Shown: positions 1 to 10,488 of the stretch, piece by piece
Position numbering within the stretch: the first letter of the stretch is position 1
How the letters are laid out: every line of letters starts with the position of its first letter
DNA from: Candidatus Micrarchaeota archaeon
Lineage (GTDB): Archaea; Micrarchaeota; Micrarchaeia; Norongarragalinales; Norongarragalinaceae
DNA length: 64,000 bases
Reading direction: 5' to 3'
Assembly: GCA_037444485.1 (NCBI GenBank)
Contig: JBBIMI010000001.1
Span: 1-64,000 of the forward strand
The notes under the pieces: generated by a model
The model's database searches: none
What the model was told of the DNA's origin: nothing
What the model saw: the letters and a program-made list of their open reading frames with translations, nothing else
Translations under genes and position numbers: made by a program

Positions 1-105
1 TTTGAACACGCTTTCATGCTCGACTACGGACTCAAGCGCGTTGATTACGTCAACGCTTTCTTTAAAGCAATCGATTGGCGCGTTGCAGAAAAAAGATTCG
101 AATAA
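1..105 (+). CDS. sod: Fe/Mn superoxide dismutase, C-terminal fragment (gene starts before window)
   Basis: Frame 1 reads FEHAFMLDYGLKRVDYVNAFFKAIDWRVAEKRFE*, matching the SOD C-terminal (W/F)EHA..DY...R..Y...F...I.W motif; not in ORF track. Confidence 0.85.
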   Translation, partial: FEHAFMLDYGLKRVDYVNAFFKAIDWRVAEKRFE

Positions 106-384
106 AGCTTTTTTTAGCGTCAAACGCATTTTCGAAATTGAAAGTATAACGACTTGTTTAGAGACGCCAACACGTTTTTCACGCGTTTTTCAACTAAGCG
201 GCGAAGGCTCGAGGGGTGCTCGGTCGACGGATGCTCGAAATTCTTTTGACTCTGACGCGCTTCGAACTAGTTCGATGCTTGCTTCCTCAGCAAGGTCTTA
301 TAGGGTTAAGCGTCACGTTAGAGTTCAGCGTCACGTTCTGCACGAAAACGCCGAATCGGCTAGCGCTCTGAGACGTGGATATAG

Positions 385-470
385 TGCAGGGGGAGAGATT
401 TGAACTCTCGAACCCTCTTCGGGACGGGGTTCTAAGCCCCGCGCATTTAACCAAGCTTTGCTACCCCTGC
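385..470 (-). tRNA. tRNA-Leu(TAG)
   Basis: Reverse complement GCAGGGGTAGCAAAGCTTGGTTAAATGCGCGGGGC-TTAGAA-CCCCG...GTTCAAATCTCTCCCCCTGCA; cloverleaf with long variable arm; CCA not encoded. Confidence 0.95.
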
Positions 471-634
471 GCGAAAATAATTGTGGCGGACACGGATTAA
501 AAAAGCTGTTCAACTGAAATTAGTTTTAAATCGTATTTGGTGTTGTTGATTTAGTGTTGTTGAATTAGGTATTAGAATCAGTATTTCTTTACTTTCCATA
601 ACTCAAGCGTATATCGTCAATCAAACGTGCATTT

Positions 635-1360
635 TCAGGCGTACATCGGGTTTTGCTCGCGTTTCGAGTACTCTGCCTGCATTTCCTTCATTTTGTTGAT
701 AGCTGCACGCATTTTTCGCTCTACTTCCTCGCCTTCCTTCAACAAAGGCTTGGTGTCAATGGGAACTGAAATGAGTTGCGAGAGCTTGTCGAGGAGTCTG
801 GCTGCAGCGCGCGGGTCAAGCGGTGAAGCGGTTTGAACCATTAAGTTCGCTGCTGGAAATTGTTGCGAAGCGCATTCCGCGATGAGCACGCCGCTCACGC
901 CTTGAGTCGCGCCTTCTTTAATCAAGTCAATGCCTTTTTTCTTTAGGGTTTCGGCAACCGCTGGCGTGCTAGCGATTCCGTGAATTGTTTCCCTTGGTTC
1001 CGGCACTGCTATGGCCGCAAGCGAGTAAATCATTTTCGCTTTTTTCTCGCGCGCCCAATCAATTATTTTTTCGCTTAAAGCGTAAATGACTTCGGAGGGA
1101 ATGATGAATTCGCTGAACAACACAATCAAATCGTATTTTTCGCTCGCGTAAATTCTGGCTGGCGAGACTGGTTTGTAGTCGTGAATCGCGCTGATTGGAG
1201 GAAAGTGCGAGCTGGCGAGGTAGCCGACTAGCTTCATTCCGAGTTTTTCTGCTAGGTAGGAAGCGCTTATCGTGCCGACCATTCCAATTCCAGGAAAACC
1301 TTCAATGATGACTGGATTCTTGACTTTGAGTTTCTCGATTTCATTTATTTTTATAATCAA
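635..1360 (-). CDS. Proteasome assembly chaperone (PAC2) family protein
   Basis: IIEGFPGIGMVGTISASYL, GVSGVL, DPRAA motifs; TTG start with GGTGG RBS. Confidence 0.85.
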   Translation of the reverse strand: MIIKINEIEKLKVKNPVIIEGFPGIGMVGTISASYLAEKLGMKLVGYLASSHFPPISAIHDYKPVSPARIYASEKYDLIVLFSEFIIPSEVIYALSEKIIDWAREKKAKMIYSLAAIAVPEPRETIHGIASTPAVAETLKKKGIDLIKEGATQGVSGVLIAECASQQFPAANLMVQTASPLDPRAAARLLDKLSQLISVPIDTKPLLKEGEEVERKMRAAINKMKEMQAEYSKREQNPMYA

Positions 1361-1659
1361 GTAAAACCACCCCGAGGCATGAGCGCATTTCTTAGGAAAC
1401 GGGTTTATATTACGTTTACGTTTTATGATTTTGAATCGCGTTTATGATTCTGTTAACTTTAAAGTAATCTTTTTATATTTATTAAATCTGCTGTTGGTGT
1501 TGTTGGTAGGGTTATTCGATTAGTGAAGAAGTTGAACTTAATGGTTGACGCCATTCAAGTAATTTCTGTTTTTCTTAATTATTTCCTGTAAAGTCGTTTT
1601 CAAAATCCAAAAACTAGTTAGTTGAATACTCTGTAAAACAATTTCAGGCAGAGTACTAA

Positions 1660-1718
1660 CTATAGTATTACTAATTACTATAGTATTCTGCTATAGTATT
1701 GTAGCCTACTATAGTATT
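1660..1718. repeat. Four copies of CTATAGTATT, the last covering the stop codon of the upstream-transcribed TadC-like gene
   Basis: Copies at 1660, 1678, 1691 and 1709. Confidence 0.8.
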
Positions 1719-2578
1719 ACCGCGCTTTTCACGATGTTGAACAACAACAGCGACGCGGGCAAAAGAAAAGCAGCGTAAAGCGCAGTCTTCTTCAAGTCTC
1801 CCTCGCTTGAAGCGATGAAAGCGCTTGCTGCAACAGCAAAAATAGTCAAGTAAACCTGGTTTCCCAACAAAATCGCTGCTGAAAGCGCGTCGCGCGCGGC
1901 AGCGCTTGTTCCAGTAAACTCTTCAAGCCCAGCTGCATTCAAGCCAGACACCACGTTCAACAGCAATCCTAGCGTGACTGGCACAAGAATCCCGCCGGCT
2001 AGCAAAGTATACTTTTGCAGCGCGAAAGCAGAACGCGCTTCCTTCGAAATCGCCTGCAACTCAAGCGCGTCATCAGCGACTTCGCGGAACGCGTTACTTA
2101 AATCAACTCCACTCTTGTAAGCGTTCGCGAGAAGCTTTAACGCGCGATTCAACAAAACAGAGTTGTTGCGCGCAGCGCATTCTTCGAAAGCCTCGACGAC
2201 CGGCATTCCAGCGTTCACTTGCCGCTCGACGACACGGAATTCGCTGCTTAAAGCGCCGTAATCGCTGTATGCTAGCGCCGAAATTATTTTCTCCATGCTA
2301 GCCCGACGCGGAAAAGAAGCGACTTGCAACAATGCGGCCGGCAACGCGTCCTCAATCTCGCGCAAGCGCTTCGATTCAAGGAAACCGAAATAATAATAGA
2401 CTGCAAGCGGCGGAAATACTAGCGTAACGAAAAAAACTAGGGCTGTGAAAAACAATTCACCCTTCAACAATAATAATTCAAGAAACGCGAGTGCGAGCGA
2501 AACGACGAAAACAAGAGCGATAACGCGATTCGAGTCCCAAGCCCTCTTTCTTGAATCACGCTTTCTGTAATAACCCAA
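1709..2578 (-). CDS. Type II secretion system F / TadC-like membrane platform protein
   Basis: Multiple TM helices; IEDALP.ALLQ...YGALSSEF...V.AGMP pattern; in an operon with a secretion ATPase. Confidence 0.8.
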   Translation of the reverse strand: MGYYRKRDSRKRAWDSNRVIALVFVVSLALAFLELLLLKGELFFTALVFFVTLVFPPLAVYYYFGFLESKRLREIEDALPAALLQVASFPRRASMEKIISALAYSDYGALSSEFRVVERQVNAGMPVVEAFEECAARNNSVLLNRALKLLANAYKSGVDLSNAFREVADDALELQAISKEARSAFALQKYTLLAGGILVPVTLGLLLNVVSGLNAAGLEEFTGTSAAARDALSAAILLGNQVYLTIFAVAASAFIASSEGDLKKTALYAAFLLPASLLLFNIVKSAVIL

Positions 2579-2584
2579 TCCAAA

Positions 2585-3427
2585 TCAACTCACAAGAAAC
2601 TTGGGCGTCTTCGCCCGCAAGAACAACAACAAAGCCGCATCCAAAAAAGGAAACAACAACACGAACGCCGCGAAAACATCGCCGGCGCCGAACGAGAAAG
2701 CAAGGAAACTAGAGCCAACAATAACGTAAGCCCCAAACAAGGCAGGCACAATACACGAAACAGCGATGAAAAGCAATCCAAAAAAAGATGCTTTAGCGTT
2801 GAATTCGCGCGCCCGCGTCTTCTGCAACAACAACACTTCGTCAGCCAACTTCCGCAACCCCTCACCCTTCAAACCATGCTCGTAAACGAACGCGAGTTGC
2901 GCGCACGCGCGCTTAAACAACAATGAATCAACACGCTCGCGAGCAGCGCGGAACGCTTCACCGAAACCCGCGCCGCGCGCGACGCTTGCGAGCACGCGCG
3001 AAAACTCGTTACTCAACTCGCTGTAACCATTCGAAAGCTCGCGCAACACGCGCTCAAAACTCGCGCCAGAATTCAATTCAATGCTCGCCGCCCGCAACGC
3101 CACGCCCAGGTCGCGTTCCACCAACTCGCCACGCGCCCGCGCGGCATACCAAGGCGCGCGCAACAACGCGAGAAACGCTAACGCGAACGCGGCGAAAAAC
3201 GCGGCGAACGCCAACTGAAAGCCAAACGAAAACAAAGCGAGAATAAACGCAAGCAATCCGACGGCAAGCGCGCCAACCAACGATAGAGTGCTCCAACGCG
3301 CCGGCGTAGCGAGGGCATTCGACTGCAGCAAGCTTTTCCCTAAACGCGATGACGTTGACTGGGAAAACAAACGCGTTTCAGGAAGCGTGTTCGCGAGAGC
3401 GTCAAGGACCTTAAACATTTTTTTCAA
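2585..3427 (-). CDS. Type II secretion system F / TadB/C-like membrane protein
   Basis: ERDL..ALR....L.SG.SFE...Y.ELS.EF pattern with TM helices; paralog of the downstream gene. Confidence 0.8.
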   Translation of the reverse strand: MKKMFKVLDALANTLPETRLFSQSTSSRLGKSLLQSNALATPARWSTLSLVGALAVGLLAFILALFSFGFQLAFAAFFAAFALAFLALLRAPWYAARARGELVERDLGVALRAASIELNSGASFERVLRELSNGYSELSNEFSRVLASVARGAGFGEAFRAARERVDSLLFKRACAQLAFVYEHGLKGEGLRKLADEVLLLQKTRAREFNAKASFFGLLFIAVSCIVPALFGAYVIVGSSFLAFSFGAGDVFAAFVLLFPFLDAALLLFLRAKTPKFLVS

Positions 3428-4824
3428 CTGTTTTCAACTGTGCGCGAAAACAAGTAATCGTTAACCTTATTCGTGAATTCAAGCAACCCCAACTGCTTTT
3501 CACTCAAGCTACTCAAAAACCTGCTTCTCGCAGCTAGTTCGCTCTCGAATTCCTTGAAATTACGGAAACCGTAATTAAACGCGATTTTGTTGAAGAACCG
3601 CAGCGAAGAGAAAGCGCGAGTAGCGCGCAAACAATTTCCGGTTTGGTCGAATTCAAACAACTTTACTGGTTCGCCGTCAACAACTTCCGCGACTTCAACA
3701 ACGCGCCTTACTTCGCGTTGTTTCTTCGCTTTCTTGTCGTAGACTGTTGCGCGGCGGAGAATCACGAGCAAGTCTATCGCGTTCAAGTCTTCTGGGCGCG
3801 CGCCGAACGCGGTTAAACGCGCGAGTGCTTCCCGAGCCGAGCCGGCGTGGAAGGTCGCGTAACTCCCGCGCGCTTGGCCGGCGAGGAGCGAGTCGAATAA
3901 CGCTTGCGCTTCGCTTGCGTCGCGCACTTCGCCGATTATTACGCGGTCTGGACGCATGCGCAGCGTGTCTTTCACTATAGCGCGCAGTGGAATGTCGAGT
4001 TCCTCGTTCGCGACGATTCGCACTTGATGCTCGTGAGGAATGCGGATTTCAGGTGTTTCTTCAGTTACTACCACGCGGTCTGAAAGCGGAATGAATGAGA
4101 AAAGCGCGTTGAGGAAAGTTGTTTTTCCGCTTCCAGTGTTGCCAGCGATTAGAATTGAGGAGTCCGCGTATGCGGCCAACCACAAGAATGCCGCGAGATT
4201 CGCGTCAAGCGTTTGAAAACTAATCAAGTCAAGGATTGTGAAAGGTTTTTCGCGGAATTTGCGGAGCGTAAGCTCGACACCGTTCAGCGTGAGGGGTGAG
4301 ATGCACGCGTGTAAACGCGCTCCGTTCGGAAGCACGGCGTTCAATCTCGGGTTTTGGTAAGTTATCCTGCGTCCAAGCGCGCGAGCCATCTTGTTTATTG
4401 TGTTAACAGCGAAGGCTTCGCTAGTCAAAACACAGTTCGTCTTAAGCCAACCGCGCGTCTTGTGGAAAACGTAGATTGGCTTGTTCACGCCGACAACACT
4501 GATTTCTTCAAGCTCGTCGTCAGCCAAAAGATAGTCGAAGACTCCAAAACCGTAAACGTTTTTGAACGCTGCATCGAGAATCGCTGCGCCAGCGTTTTTC
4601 TCTACTTCCACGCCGTATTCTTCGCTCAACCGCGCTAGAATAGCCTTCAAACGCGTTTGAACTCGGGCCGCGTCACCGCTTGGTTCAGGCGACTCACTCA
4701 AATATTCTTTCAACAAAAGCTCTAAGAGTTTTTCGTGCTCGCGTGAAAAACTCGTTCCGCGTTCTGGAAGCGAGTAACCAGCTGCGTCGGCTTTCGTAAT
4801 CATCCAACCTAAGGCTTTAGACAA
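3424..4824 (-). CDS. Type II/IV secretion / pilus assembly ATPase (TadA/VirB11/FlaI family)
   Basis: Walker A GNTGSGKTT, LRMRPDRVIIGEVR, TFHA motifs. Confidence 0.92.
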   Translation of the reverse strand: MSKALGWMITKADAAGYSLPERGTSFSREHEKLLELLLKEYLSESPEPSGDAARVQTRLKAILARLSEEYGVEVEKNAGAAILDAAFKNVYGFGVFDYLLADDELEEISVVGVNKPIYVFHKTRGWLKTNCVLTSEAFAVNTINKMARALGRRITYQNPRLNAVLPNGARLHACISPLTLNGVELTLRKFREKPFTILDLISFQTLDANLAAFLWLAAYADSSILIAGNTGSGKTTFLNALFSFIPLSDRVVVTEETPEIRIPHEHQVRIVANEELDIPLRAIVKDTLRMRPDRVIIGEVRDASEAQALFDSLLAGQARGSYATFHAGSAREALARLTAFGARPEDLNAIDLLVILRRATVYDKKAKKQREVRRVVEVAEVVDGEPVKLFEFDQTGNCLRATRAFSSLRFFNKIAFNYGFRNFKEFESELAARSRFLSSLSEKQLGLLEFTNKVNDYLFSRTVENS

Positions 4825-4934
4825 TAAGCAACCCCCACACTAAAAATTTTGATAGTGTTTGACGAATTGTTTATTAAAATTTGTTTATCGAGTTGTTGTT
4901 TGTTGAAAAATTGTTTGTTAAAGTTTGTTAAATG

Positions 4935-5303
4935 CTAACGCCACGAGAGTTTTAATCCCTTACGCATGCGCAGCTGGCGCGCGCTACCGGCAGGCAACTC
5001 GAAAGCGAACTTGCATGGAATCCGCGAGACAATGGAAAAAGAAAACGGTTTGACTTGCCGCGCGACGTCGACGACGCGCTTACGTGAGTCGAGGAAAACC
5101 ACATCGAAGCGAGGGCAAAAGAGGGAGTGAAGCGCGTTCAACGCTCGCGCTTCTACGCCGAATTCAATCACTAAGGGAGTGAAGGGCGGGCGCGAGAACA
5201 TTATTCCAAAAACTTTTTCCAAACCAGAAGCTATTCGAGCTTTAAACAAAAAACGCTTTCGTTTCCATGCCTTGTTTTCCGCAAAAACTTTCACTAAACG
5301 CAT
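4935..5303 (-). CDS. DUF192 family protein
   Basis: GIMF...LHSLF..FDVVFLD....VV....VKPF....FELPAG; start moved to ATG at 5303. Confidence 0.7.
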   Translation of the reverse strand: MRLVKVFAENKAWKRKRFLFKARIASGLEKVFGIMFSRPPFTPLVIEFGVEARALNALHSLFCPRFDVVFLDSRKRVVDVARQVKPFSFSIVSRIPCKFAFELPAGSARQLRMRKGLKLSWR

Positions 5304-5388
5304 TCCGCCAGCCTCGCCAGGAATAAAAGTTAAAAGCAATGCATTAATTAAATTCTCTTGCATTAATTTTTTGAATGGGTTTTCCAGA

Positions 5389-6084
5389 ATGGTTCGCAAA
5401 CTGGAGCGGCTCGCAATAATCCCGGACGGAAACCGCAGGTTCGGCAGAAAAATAGGCGTGAGCGGTTATCAAGCTTACGTTAAAGGCTTTCAGAAAGTAC
5501 GCGAGACAATAGAATGGGCGAGAGACGTGCATTCCTTGACTTTTTGGGCTCTTTCACTCGACAACTTCAAAAAACGCAGCGAAGTAGAACTCAAAATCTT
5601 GTTTCAACTAATGGCGAAAAACATTGATGAAGCAATAAACTCGAAAAAGCTCTTCGAGGAGGGCGTGCGCGTCACTTTTTTCGGGCGCAGGGAACTCTTG
5701 CCGGCAAGCGTCGCCTCGCGCATGCGCGTACTCGAGGAAAAAACTGCTGTAAACGAAGACCGGTTATTGAGTTTCGGTGTTGCTTACAGCGGGCGCGACG
5801 AATTATTCAACGCAGCGAAAAGTATTGCCCTCGACTTGAAGAATGGAAAAATTAAAGAAAGCGAATTAACGCAGCAAGCGTTTGAAGAACGCTTGTACTA
5901 CCGTGAATCTCCTGACTTAGTTATTCGCACAGGCAACGAACAGCGTTTAAGTGGCTTTCTGCCATGGCAAACCGAATACTCTGAACTTTATTTCTCTAAG
6001 AAACTCTGGCCGGAATTCACTAAAAGAGATTATGATGAAGCCGTAAGGTTTTTCGAAGCAAGCGAATCACGGAAAGGAAAATAA
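5389..6084 (+). CDS. uppS: cis-prenyltransferase (undecaprenyl/polyprenyl diphosphate synthase)
   Basis: IIPDGNRR, LSLDNF.KRS, YSGRDE, PDLVIRTG.EQRLSGFLPWQ.EYSEL; ATG at 5389. Confidence 0.93.
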   Translation: MVRKLERLAIIPDGNRRFGRKIGVSGYQAYVKGFQKVRETIEWARDVHSLTFWALSLDNFKKRSEVELKILFQLMAKNIDEAINSKKLFEEGVRVTFFGRRELLPASVASRMRVLEEKTAVNEDRLLSFGVAYSGRDELFNAAKSIALDLKNGKIKESELTQQAFEERLYYRESPDLVIRTGNEQRLSGFLPWQTEYSELYFSKKLWPEFTKRDYDEAVRFFEASESRKGK

Positions 6085-6147
6085 GGCGAAAGAAAACAAG
6101 TTAATCGAAACATTGACAGTTAAAACAGGTTAAAACAGTTAAAAAAA

Positions 6148-6600
6148 CTAGATTTTGTTCCACAACAAGCGTTTGCTGAAATTGTTTCCGTTGTTGAACG
6201 CGGTTAACTCTCTCTCCAACGCTTTAAGTAGTTTTAGTTTAAGCGTTTTTTCAGGAAAGTGGTAAAGCAATTCAAGAGCGATTTTAAAAGCTTTCTCGGC
6301 ACGCAAACCCCCGTCTTCAAAAACGAGTTTCGCTTCAAAACCGGAAAACTTGAAACTGTAAACCTCGTGTCTTTCGCCAGTATCGATTCCGAAATTCAAA
6401 GCAACGACATCGTCTTGAATTATTAAGTCTCCGTGAACAACTCCAAAGTAAGGGCCGTCTTCAGAAAAAAACGCGTGATTCTGGTCCAAAACCCACCATC
6501 CAACGCAAGCGCCGCTAGCAATCTCGCTGGCAGCACGCCAAACGCTCGCGTCGGAATCCACGTTTAGAAACGGTGAAGCCAAAAAAAAACGACCCCTCAA
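6148..6600 (-). CDS. Hypothetical protein
   Basis: 150-aa ORF filling an intergenic gap; no motif recognised. Confidence 0.5.
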   Translation of the reverse strand: MRGRFFLASPFLNVDSDASVWRAASEIASGACVGWWVLDQNHAFFSEDGPYFGVVHGDLIIQDDVVALNFGIDTGERHEVYSFKFSGFEAKLVFEDGGLRAEKAFKIALELLYHFPEKTLKLKLLKALERELTAFNNGNNFSKRLLWNKI

Positions 6601-6819
6601 AAAAACGGTGAAAGAAAAAAAAATTTAAAGAACAAAACGACTTTTAAACTTTACTGCCTTACCGAACAACTTAGAATAAAACAAAAAAAAGAAAAGAAAA
6701 AAACAAGAAAAGAAAAAGACGAAGAGGATGGGGGAGAAAGAGAAAAAAAGAAGAAGAAAGGGGAAAAGAGAAGGGAAAGGGGTTTTGAGGGTGGGTTCAA
6801 GTAGTTTGTTTTCAGTGTT

Positions 6820-7524
6820 TTAAGTGGTTGTTTCTAATGCTGGAACTTGTATTCCTTTAACGCTCCTCCAACCGTGAAGCATGAAATTAAAGGATTTTCC
6901 AGCGTACTTTCCGCCCGTAAAATCGATTTTGCCGACAACAAAATGCGGAATGCCTTCATAATTCTCGTAAATAGTTGCCGTAGCTGTTCCCACTATGACG
7001 GCTGTGCAAGAAGGGTCTGCCCTAAAGCAAGCAAGCGTATACTTTCCAGAATAAAGAGAGCCTGTAACTGTTTTAGTTGAGTCATCGTAAGAACCGACAA
7101 ACCAATACTTTTCACCGCCGCTGCTTGCAAGAATCTCGCCGAAGCGAACCAAGCCAAGCGCTTTTTCAACACCGTACTGCGCAAGGCAATCGCTGCCAGT
7201 ACAGTTTAAAGCACCATTCTTTATTTGTTGAAGCGTTTCAAAAGGAATCACTTTAACCAGCCTACCGTGAGCAGCCATTGCGTGAAACTCGCTGCCGTCG
7301 CTTGTAATCGCTGCTCCACGCGCGTGGTACAGCACGCGAACGTAGTTAACCGTGCGGGCAGGCGCGTTCTTCAACCCGCTTGGCTTAAGGTTCTCGTTTT
7401 GTGCTGCTAACGCAACCGGCGTTAAGAATAACAGCATTGCGAGGAAAACAATTAAGAAAACCTTGCTTAAACCACTTAAACCCGCCTTCAATCTTGCAAA
7501 TCTTACACTCATTTTTATACTCAC
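6820..7524 (-). CDS. Hypothetical secreted protein
   Basis: Signal peptide ending ALAA; two Cys pairs. Confidence 0.7.
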   Translation of the reverse strand: MSIKMSVRFARLKAGLSGLSKVFLIVFLAMLLFLTPVALAAQNENLKPSGLKNAPARTVNYVRVLYHARGAAITSDGSEFHAMAAHGRLVKVIPFETLQQIKNGALNCTGSDCLAQYGVEKALGLVRFGEILASSGGEKYWFVGSYDDSTKTVTGSLYSGKYTLACFRADPSCTAVIVGTATATIYENYEGIPHFVVGKIDFTGGKYAGKSFNFMLHGWRSVKGIQVPALETTT

Positions 7525-7596
7525 CTTTTTTCGCTTTCACGCATTCCTAAAATTCCTAAAAATTTTTTTATTTTCTAGAACAAAAAAAATTGTTTT

Positions 7597-7863
7597 TCAT
7601 GATTCGTTTAACAAGCTAGCGTCGAACTCGTTTGGTATAGTGTCGGCTTCGCTGCCCGCGCTCGATGCTTCGTTGAGTGAAGCGTCGAAAGAATCAAGCA
7701 AAGAATCAACTTCGATGCTGGTCGTCGCTGCTATAGTGGCCGTCGCAGCCGCAGTTGTTTGAGGCGACTGAGGTGTTTTTTGAACGCAGCCGAACAACGC
7801 TAGCGCAGTTAACGCTAATACAACGGAAACGAGAAAAAAATTTTTCATCAACAAATTTTTCAT
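7597..7863 (-). CDS. Small predicted lipoprotein
   Basis: Hydrophobic signal with LFGC lipobox-like motif; GGAGG RBS. Confidence 0.65.
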   Translation of the reverse strand: MKNLLMKNFFLVSVVLALTALALFGCVQKTPQSPQTTAAATATIAATTSIEVDSLLDSFDASLNEASSAGSEADTIPNEFDASLLNES

Positions 7864-8060
7864 TGACAGTCGACCTCCTCAATTACTCCGTTTATTTCGT
7901 TCAACGTTTTTTCGTGTTCTCAACTTTTTTCGTGTTTTCTTGTGTTTTTTTATTCGCGTTTTCGTCTAATTAATTTTCGTTTAATTAAAATTGAGTTATT
8001 AAACCATGCGCGATTAATAAAGGTAAAGGTTATTGTTAAACGTTGAACTCGAGTTTCAAC

Positions 8061-9260
8061 TCAAGTTGTTATTGGAGTCGCTGCTGGCGTTGGGAGTATT
8101 GTTGACGCTGGCGTTGAAGGGATTGTCGTCAACGGCGGGTTCGCTGTTGGTATTGTCTCTAGGGTAGGCACCGGCTGCCTGTTCAAAATCGCGTGAATTA
8201 TTTTCCTAGCCTGCACTAGAGACTTTTTGACTTCAAGCAACCTACGCATTTGTTCCTTGAAGCCTAACCCCGTCTCGTTTGCAGCAGCAATCTTTTGTTC
8301 GACGACCGTAATCTGCGCGTCAAGGGACGTGACATTGTAACCTTTCCCAGCAAGTTCGTCGCGCGTCGTCTTTATTTTGTTTAAAGCGTTTACAGCGCGT
8401 TCGAGAGCCTTGTCAACCAAATGCTTGTGCAAGATTTCGAGTACTTGTTGTTTGAACTCACGCCACTTTTCATTGGTTTCTTGCAGAATCGCTTTTCTTT
8501 CTTCCGGCGTTGTCGCATTCAAGAACTCGCTGCGTTTTTCTTCAACGAAAGCACGCATTTCTATTATTATTGCAGTATCAAGCCCTTCGCGTTCGAACTT
8601 TGCTTGCAATGCGTCCAGCGCGGCTAAAAAGCGTTTGAAAGCGTTGTTGAAGTAACCCTTTATCGCCTGCTTCAATGATGCTAGGCAATCAGTTTTCTGT
8701 TGTTCGTCAACCAATTCCAAGCACGCCCTGCGTCTCTCGCTCACCCGCTTGAGACCGTACTCTTTTTTCAAGCAAGCTTCGCGCGCGTCTTCACTCGCTA
8801 AGAACCAACACTTTTTTTCGCGCGCTTTCTCTTGCTTTCCTCCCAAGCACGGGCCGACGTACTTTACTGCAACGCCTGCTTGCTGCGCGAGAACAGGAGT
8901 GTCGTAAGTTTCGCCATTCACTCCGCAAACTTGGAGTTTGAAATGCTCTCTAAGCGTTTGAACCGCTTGAATCTTGAACAGCGGTTTTAGCTTAGACTTC
9001 AACTCTGGTCCTGCTAAGATAGACTCTTCATCAATTGTTTCAATGGTTTGCGTCTCACCAATTTCGCTTGATGCAGTCTTTTGAATGCTTGGCGTACTCG
9101 TGGGCCGCACCGCATTCGCGTTCGCTGCTAAAAGCCCGAGAAACAATAACGCGACGACTCCGAAACGGAATGCCGCAATTGCTTCAGCTTCAACTCTAAC
9201 CGATTTTCTTTTTTCCTGAATCGTTTTCTTCATTTTTTTCTTCACCTCCACTTTTTCCAC
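8061..9260 (-). CDS. Secreted coiled-coil protein with a Kazal-like segment
   Basis: Signal peptide; QVCGVNGETYDT...AGVAVKYVGPC; helical coiled coil; Pro/Thr tail. Confidence 0.65.
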   Translation of the reverse strand: MEKVEVKKKMKKTIQEKRKSVRVEAEAIAAFRFGVVALLFLGLLAANANAVRPTSTPSIQKTASSEIGETQTIETIDEESILAGPELKSKLKPLFKIQAVQTLREHFKLQVCGVNGETYDTPVLAQQAGVAVKYVGPCLGGKQEKAREKKCWFLASEDAREACLKKEYGLKRVSERRRACLELVDEQQKTDCLASLKQAIKGYFNNAFKRFLAALDALQAKFEREGLDTAIIIEMRAFVEEKRSEFLNATTPEERKAILQETNEKWREFKQQVLEILHKHLVDKALERAVNALNKIKTTRDELAGKGYNVTSLDAQITVVEQKIAAANETGLGFKEQMRRLLEVKKSLVQARKIIHAILNRQPVPTLETIPTANPPLTTIPSTPASTILPTPAATPITT

Positions 9261-9563
9261 TCGCGCCTTTTCCTCCTGAAACCAAAACCTAAAACAAAAA
9301 AACTAAAACCAAAACTCTAAAACAAAAAAACCCAAAAAAAACCAAACAAAATAAAATAAATCAAAAAAATTGATTTGGTTTGACGAGGTTAAGGAAAACG
9401 ATTGTTTAAAAAAACTCTTTCGGACGTGCGGTTGAAAGAAGCTTTACCGCGCCTTTTTTTCGGGAAACAAAGCTTTACGCTGCCCCAGTTGCCTCCAAAA
9501 AAAACTGTTTTTAGTTGAAGAAAACAGTGGTTTTTTATTTCATGACGCTAAAAGAATTTCTTC

Positions 9564-10328
9564 GTGAAAACAATCGCGTTCTTCGTCATCGCGTTGTTCC
9601 TCCTTCAGACATTCACGCAAGCAACTGTTTTGCGCGGCATGGTCTACGACGCGAACCTCAACGCCTTGCCGAAAGCACTGGTTGAAATAAACTCTACGCC
9701 CCGCCAGACGATGGTAGCGACGCGCGGCGAATACTATTTCAACGTGACGCCGGGATACTACGAGATTACCGCGGTTTTCGAAAACGCGAGCACGAGCGCA
9801 GACGCGTTGGTCGCAAGCGAAGGCGAGTTTCGAATCGATTTAGTGATGATAGACGTCGAAATCGGGGTCGAGGAATTAAACGAAACCGCAACCTCGTTAA
9901 GCTTGCCAAGCGCGTTGAACGAAACCCTCGCAGAAGAAAAAACAGTTGCCGCGCCACCAACGCAAAACGAAATCCTTGCACTCCTCGCCATCACAGCGCT
10001 CGCAATCGCAGCAATAACAGCAACCGCGTTGTTTTTCACCAACTTCAAAAAACAAGCGAAAATCGAGGCGCGGATGAAGGCGCGGAAGAAAGCGCGGCGT
10101 GAAGTTGAAGAGATTGTGAAGGAAAAGCAGGTTGTGTTGACGCGCGAGCAGCGGGAACTGCTTGAAAAAATCAAGGGTGCGGGCGGCAGTTTGACGCAGA
10201 AGGAATTGCGGAAGCAAGTTGATTACAGCGAGGCGAAAGTCAGCCTCGACTTAGACGTTCTCGAGAGCCAAGGCTTAATCAAGAAGATAAAGAAAGGCCG
10301 GGGAAACATAATCGTCGCCAAAGAATAA
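9564..10328 (+). CDS. Membrane-anchored protein with C-terminal winged-helix domain (COG2512-like)
   Basis: Signal peptide, beta-sandwich domain, TM helix, then LTQKELRK...SEAKVSL.L..LE..GLIKKIKKGRGNII. Confidence 0.8.
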   Translation: MKTIAFFVIALFLLQTFTQATVLRGMVYDANLNALPKALVEINSTPRQTMVATRGEYYFNVTPGYYEITAVFENASTSADALVASEGEFRIDLVMIDVEIGVEELNETATSLSLPSALNETLAEEKTVAAPPTQNEILALLAITALAIAAITATALFFTNFKKQAKIEARMKARKKARREVEEIVKEKQVVLTREQRELLEKIKGAGGSLTQKELRKQVDYSEAKVSLDLDVLESQGLIKKIKKGRGNIIVAKE

Positions 10329-10488
10329 GTGGAATGATTTGGTAAGCAATACGTGGGGGGAACGGCGTAAAACAAGGAAAAAACTATTGAAAAACAAGAG
10401 AAAAACAAAAAGAAAAAAAGAAAAAAGAAGGCTTGTGAAGGCTTGCAGCTGAGTTGCTTTTCTATCGCTCACTTTTCTATTGTATCGC

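Noticed and set aside
2..513. ORFs 2..403 (+) and 331..513 (-)
   Set aside because: They overlap the sod 3' end in another frame and tRNA-Leu; spurious
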